From Nitrososphaeraceae archaeon (lineage in GTDB: Archaea; Thermoproteota; Nitrososphaeria; Nitrososphaerales; Nitrososphaeraceae): DNA of 64,000 nucleotides. This document shows, one piece after another, positions 59,742 to 64,000 of this stretch. Where the stretch lies: positions 64,001-128,000 of the forward strand of contig JBIOZG010000005.1 in NCBI GenBank assembly GCA_044870765.1, in the 5' to 3' direction. Within the stretch, counting starts at the first letter, position 1. Each line of letters opens with the position of its first letter. The notes beneath the pieces are model-generated. The model searched no databases and was not told the DNA's origin. It worked only from the letters and a program-made list of their open reading frames with translations. The translations under genes and the position numbers were made by a program.

Positions 59742-60818
59742 TTGAAACGAAATTTTGAGTACAAGTTATGTAACTGGTGTCTAGAAAGACAGAATGTAAA
59801 GAGTTATTCTCCTAACGGAATAGTTGAAGATTGTCAAATATGTCATGGATTTGAATCCCAAATTGAAAAAATATGTAAAAATGTTCTTCAGGCAACAAAG
59901 GATTATCGATATGATACTTTTCAAATTGGATTAACTTTAGATCACAGCTTTTATGATAATGAAGACAAGTTTAGATCACGGTTCAAAATAAGAGGAAAAG
60001 AGAATATCAAAACCAGCATACTACGAGATATTAGAAAAAAATTCAGTAAACTTTCCAACAAGCGAGTTGATTCGAGTTCTCCGGATATTACAATTAACCT
60101 ACAGATCGGCAAAAAATTTGAAGCTATTGTTAACATGAGCTCAAAAACTATTGTCTTGAGCGGACGATACATGAAAACAAAAAGATTGAAAATCACGGGC
60201 ACAGATTCACGAATTGGTGACTGTCTAGAGCTCAATCAACACCACATTGAAAATGTACTGAAAAGAAAATTGTCTGATTTACTTCAATCTGATTCCATTA
60301 CGTACTGGCCTCTTGGTAAGGAAGAACTTAGAAGTTTGGTCCTTGGCAACGGTAGACCTTTTTACGTGTCTATTAAGAATTCAAAAATATTTAATTTGAA
60401 GGAAAATTTTTCAATACGTTCAAGCGGACTTGTATTTAACATCAAAGAAAGACTACCAACTTACCCGGTGGCTCCGCCATTTTACTTTAAGAAAGTCAAA
60501 GCTCTTGTCTCGGTAAGCGACAAAATAGTAACATTAGATTTTGATTTCATCCATAATGCAGGGATTATGTTGGTAGAATTTGTAGCCCAGAGGGGCAAAA
60601 ATTGGAAATTTGTTTATGACATGCAAGGAAAGTTGAAAAGCCCGAGAAAATTTGAGCTTACAATGAAATGTGATAATGGATTTCCAATAAGGGAATTTAT
60701 AGATGGGAGAGGTAGCGCATCTCCTTGTTTATCTGATCTAATACATAAAGAGTGCAGTTGTGACTATTTTGACATAATGAACATAGTAAGCGAGGACGAT
60801 TGTCAAGTATGGGAATAA
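59742..60818 (+). CDS. pus10: tRNA pseudouridine synthase Pus10-like protein (divergent)
   Basis: LCNWCLERQ..CQIC Zn site, THUMP-like region, GRYMK, LVLGNGRPF, GFPIREFIDG..PCLS; follows srp54. Confidence 0.82.
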   Translation: MKRNFEYKLCNWCLERQNVKSYSPNGIVEDCQICHGFESQIEKICKNVLQATKDYRYDTFQIGLTLDHSFYDNEDKFRSRFKIRGKENIKTSILRDIRKKFSKLSNKRVDSSSPDITINLQIGKKFEAIVNMSSKTIVLSGRYMKTKRLKITGTDSRIGDCLELNQHHIENVLKRKLSDLLQSDSITYWPLGKEELRSLVLGNGRPFYVSIKNSKIFNLKENFSIRSSGLVFNIKERLPTYPVAPPFYFKKVKALVSVSDKIVTLDFDFIHNAGIMLVEFVAQRGKNWKFVYDMQGKLKSPRKFELTMKCDNGFPIREFIDGRGSASPCLSDLIHKECSCDYFDIMNIVSEDDCQVWE

Positions 60819-60852
60819 ATCAGATAGATTTCAATTAGTAACTAACTTGAAA

Positions 60853-61038
60853 TTATTTTGACTTTTGTTTAAATTCGGTAAAACCGCATTTGCCACAGGT
60901 ATTCCTATCTTTGTGCTCTGCCATGAAAACTCCTTTTCCACATCGAGGACAATCCCTCTTTTTTCGGGTAACCTTATCACCCGAGATGTCATAGAAGGAG
61001 TATATTTGAGATTTAGAATCCTTTTTTTTATCTACCAT
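60853..61038 (-). CDS. rps27ae: 30S ribosomal protein S27ae
   Basis: CPRCGKGVFMAEHKDRNTCGKCGFT. Confidence 0.96.
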   Translation of the reverse strand: MVDKKKDSKSQIYSFYDISGDKVTRKKRDCPRCGKGVFMAEHKDRNTCGKCGFTEFKQKSK

Positions 61039-61046
61039 TTCTACCA

Positions 61047-61418
61047 CTATTTCTTTGACTTGCCCTTTTCTGCACTCTGTTGTTTTTCCTTCAGTTTCTT
61101 AGCTTTAGCTTCATCAAAGATTTTTTTTCTTACTGTCTTTTCGATCAGTCTCATTGATACGTATTTTGGTAAAGTTTCATTTGCGCTTTTTTCATCTTTA
61201 TAGATATGAAAGAAACCTTTAACATCGGTACTTCCTCTGTTGCATTTGATTTCTATTGGTATAACTGTCTTTGAATCAACATTATTTGACTTTGATATTG
61301 TTTCAATAGCGTCTTTCTTGTTAATATTTCCGGCTACATTTCTAAATATAACTTGTAATTCTCTCCTGTTCATTAATTGATTATTATAATCACGTAGTAC
61401 AACCAACTCGGTGCTCAT
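61047..61418 (-). CDS. rps24e: 30S ribosomal protein S24e
   Basis: NQLMNRREL, G..HIY; upstream of S27ae. Confidence 0.9.
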   Translation of the reverse strand: MSTELVVLRDYNNQLMNRRELQVIFRNVAGNINKKDAIETISKSNNVDSKTVIPIEIKCNRGSTDVKGFFHIYKDEKSANETLPKYVSMRLIEKTVRKKIFDEAKAKKLKEKQQSAEKGKSKK

Positions 61419-61491
61419 GTTAGTGTGAATCGAATGAATTTTTTACTCATATAAGGATTTCCAATTTTATTTCTGGAATAATACAAGAAAG

Positions 61492-61581
61492 CGGGTCCGA
61501 TGGGCTTCGATCCCACGAACTCTGGCTTCGGAGGCTTATGCTTAAAAAATCAGCACCCTGTCCTGACTGGGCCACGGACCC
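61492..61581 (-). tRNA. tRNA-Arg(CCG) with a 15-nt non-canonical intron at 29/30 (61536-61550)
   Basis: GGGTCCG/CGGACCC acceptor stem; CTG|GC pairs with GCCAG after intron removal; loop CT-CCG-AA; BHB central helix GTGC/GCAT. Confidence 0.93.
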
Positions 61582-61734
61582 ATTGAGTATTGAAATGGTG
61601 AAATATTTAATCGTAAACGTGTAGCGTAAACCAATGCACGGATGACAGATGCTTATTGACATTTGGTATCGTGCATCGATGTTATATTTAGAAAAGTTAA
61701 TGATACGCGAAATTCAAAAGAATTATTCATTAAA

Positions 61735-62448
61735 ATGCCTTTGTCTAGCAATGATCTCAGGGTCAAAGCCTTCGCAGTAGATATTGATGGAACTTTGACA
61801 GAGAACGGGAATGGAATGATATATCTACCCGCAGTCTCAAAAATGAGATTCCTTGAAAAAATAGGTTACAAAGTTTTCTTTGTTACAGGTCGATCTTCGG
61901 TAGAGGCATACGTATTATCAGTATTTTTAGGCATTACTCGGGTCGCCATTGGAGAGAACGGCGGTGTTGTTTCCAAGGGACCTTCAGATCATACAATTCT
62001 GGGAAATAAAGAATTGTGTTTGAAAGGATACGAAATATTAAAAGATCATATGAAAAATGTTGATGTTAAACCCGTATTTCCTAGGATGTCAGAAGTTGTC
62101 CTGCAAAGAACTTTTGACATAAACGAAGGTAAAAGAATACTAAGAGAGAGAAATTTAGATCTGGATATAGTAGACAGTAAATATGCATTTCATATCAATG
62201 AACTAGGTGTCAATAAAGCAAAAGGACTGGATCTTGCACTAAAGTTCCTGAACATTGGCCCTAAAGAAGTTGTGGCGATTGGTGATAGCGAAACTGATAT
62301 TCCCGTTTTTGGTATTTGCGGATTGAGTATTGCATTGGGCCACTCTGATGATACTGTAAAGAAACACGCAGACCACGTTGTAAACGGCAAGGAGGGAATA
62401 GGATTGTGCGATGCTATAGACTATGTAAGCTTAAATTATTTGAGATAA
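61735..62448 (+). CDS. HAD-superfamily phosphoglycolate phosphatase (Cof/SPP-like)
   Basis: DIDGTLT, TGR, ENGG, VNKAKG, GDSETD; start placed at MPLSS. Confidence 0.9.
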   Translation: MPLSSNDLRVKAFAVDIDGTLTENGNGMIYLPAVSKMRFLEKIGYKVFFVTGRSSVEAYVLSVFLGITRVAIGENGGVVSKGPSDHTILGNKELCLKGYEILKDHMKNVDVKPVFPRMSEVVLQRTFDINEGKRILRERNLDLDIVDSKYAFHINELGVNKAKGLDLALKFLNIGPKEVVAIGDSETDIPVFGICGLSIALGHSDDTVKKHADHVVNGKEGIGLCDAIDYVSLNYLR

Positions 62449-62451
62449 GAA

Positions 62452-64000
62452 ATGAGCTTTAAGAAATTTATTAACGAAGCCAATGAGGCAATAAAATTTG
62501 CACTAAAACATCTAGATATTCAAAATGAGGGTTATACTCTCACTGAACCGACAAAAGAGAATTTTGGTGATTTGAGTTGCAACGTTGCATTCTTGCTCAC
62601 AAAGCGATTACAAAAATCACCATCTGAAATAGCATCAATACTGGCTGAACAATGTAGATGTTATATTGATGCTATACAAACAAAATCACAGTCGTACGTT
62701 TTATCCGTCGTTGCACATGAGAGCGGATACATTAATTTCAAAGGAGACTTTGGTCTCATTGGTAAAGAAATATTATCTGATATTTTAGAGAACCACCTCA
62801 ATTTGGATACGGGCAAAAGAACTAAAGTCATTATTGAACACACCAGCGTCAATCCAAATAAAGCATTACACGTAGGTCACCTGAGAAATGTAGTAATTGG
62901 GGATACTTTGTATAGGATACTGAAAAAAACAAATCATGATGTAACAGTTCTAAACTATGTGGATGATTCTGGTTTACAAGTGGCTGATATTCTGGTAGGT
63001 TTTTTATTTCTTAAGTTTCCAGTAGAACCATCAGACAAGAAAATTAAATTTGATCAGTATTGTGGTAACGAGGTTTATGTGAAGGTAAACGAACTTTATG
63101 AAAAGGATCCTTCCCTAATCGAAAAAAGAAAATCGTTATTAAGAAAATTAGAATCCGGTGATACTGAAATAGTTTTATTTGCGTCTAAAATTACATCAAA
63201 AGTACTTAGAGATCAGTTGCGAACATGTTGGAGAATGAAGGCTCGATATGACCTGGTAAATTTTGAATCTCATATAATTAGATCCAACTTATGGGCTAAA
63301 ACATTTGAAAAAATGAGAAATGAAAAAATATTACTCAAAGATATCGAAGGTGAAAATATTGGCTGCTGGGTTTTTAATTCTATTGAAGAGGGAACCAAAA
63401 TCATTGTCCGGAGTGACGGAACCGCAACGTATATGGCAAAAGACATCCCCTATGCATTATTAAAGGTTGGAACAATTAAAGACCCATTTAGATATAGAAT
63501 ATTCATCAAACAATGGGATGACACAGATCTTTGGAGTACTACATCTGATGATTCAAAAAATGGTGATCATCCAATTTTCTTCCCCGCCAAATATTCTGTG
63601 ACCGTCATTGATAACCGCCAATCAAGGTTACAAAAAATAATTAAGGAAATATTGAGTAAATTTGAGTCAAAACCTAACAAGTATTTGCATTTGTCATATG
63701 GTTCTGTGCTTCTTTCAAGCAGAACCGCGACTAGTCTGGGGATTAATACGGACAATCAAAAATCAATACAAATGTCTGGAAGAAAGGGGATTTTTGTTGA
63801 TGCTGACTTTGTACTTGATACTTTGTATGGTAAAGCCAAGGATGAAACTATGAAACGTAATCCGGAAATTAATGAAAACGATCTTGATAGAACCTCCGAG
63901 GAAATTGCTATATCTGCTATGAGATACAGTTTAATTAAAAGTGACCTTGAAAAGGAGATAAAATTCGATTTAAATGATTCATTAAGCCTAGATGGAAATT
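62452..64000 (+). CDS. argS: Arginine--tRNA ligase (5' part; runs off the window, absent from ORF track)
   Basis: MSFKKF.., FGDLSCN, GYINF, EHTSVNPNKALHVGHLRN, RSDGTATY, MSGRKG. Confidence 0.96.
   Translation, partial: MSFKKFINEANEAIKFALKHLDIQNEGYTLTEPTKENFGDLSCNVAFLLTKRLQKSPSEIASILAEQCRCYIDAIQTKSQSYVLSVVAHESGYINFKGDFGLIGKEILSDILENHLNLDTGKRTKVIIEHTSVNPNKALHVGHLRNVVIGDTLYRILKKTNHDVTVLNYVDDSGLQVADILVGFLFLKFPVEPSDKKIKFDQYCGNEVYVKVNELYEKDPSLIEKRKSLLRKLESGDTEIVLFASKITSKVLRDQLRTCWRMKARYDLVNFESHIIRSNLWAKTFEKMRNEKILLKDIEGENIGCWVFNSIEEGTKIIVRSDGTATYMAKDIPYALLKVGTIKDPFRYRIFIKQWDDTDLWSTTSDDSKNGDHPIFFPAKYSVTVIDNRQSRLQKIIKEILSKFESKPNKYLHLSYGSVLLSSRTATSLGINTDNQKSIQMSGRKGIFVDADFVLDTLYGKAKDETMKRNPEINENDLDRTSEEIAISAMRYSLIKSDLEKEIKFDLNDSLSLDGN

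Noticed and set aside
61447-61662. 71-aa minus-strand ORF
   Set aside because: Overlaps the tRNA-Arg gene; spurious

Overview
AT-rich archaeal chromosome segment. The gene set points to an ammonia-oxidising thaumarchaeote of the Nitrososphaeraceae, probably Nitrosocosmicus-like (inference): 4-hydroxybutyryl-CoA dehydratase, cofC/cofD, a Grs-type radical SAM, Rpo4, L21e/L40e/S24e/S27ae, Cbf5 and intron-containing tRNAs. Most of the window is core housekeeping: end of the secY-adk-cmk-cbf5 operon, salvage and pur/pyr genes, a complete hem/siroheme cluster, sufB, F420 genes, RNase P RNA, gap, trpGD, trmI, dph6, srp54, pus10 and a partial argS. There are two accessory zones. The first (about 3.2-8.1 kb, around tRNA-Ser) holds secreted acidic and RTX-like proteins plus several Zn-finger microproteins missing from the ORF track. 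The second is an island of about 7.3 kb between dph6 and srp54. It carries a probable integrase remnant, frameshifted or truncated element genes, a duplicated srp54 upstream sequence, and a 1197-aa surface protein whose seven Calx-beta domains each contain a CxxC motif. Other oddities are a likely CTG-initiated DRG GTPase, a Pus10 lacking the catalytic Asp, a signal peptidase paralogue with Ser->Thr, and a DUF5679 Zn-ribbon protein with a histone-H1-like tail. All family assignments come from motif recognition; no database search was run.
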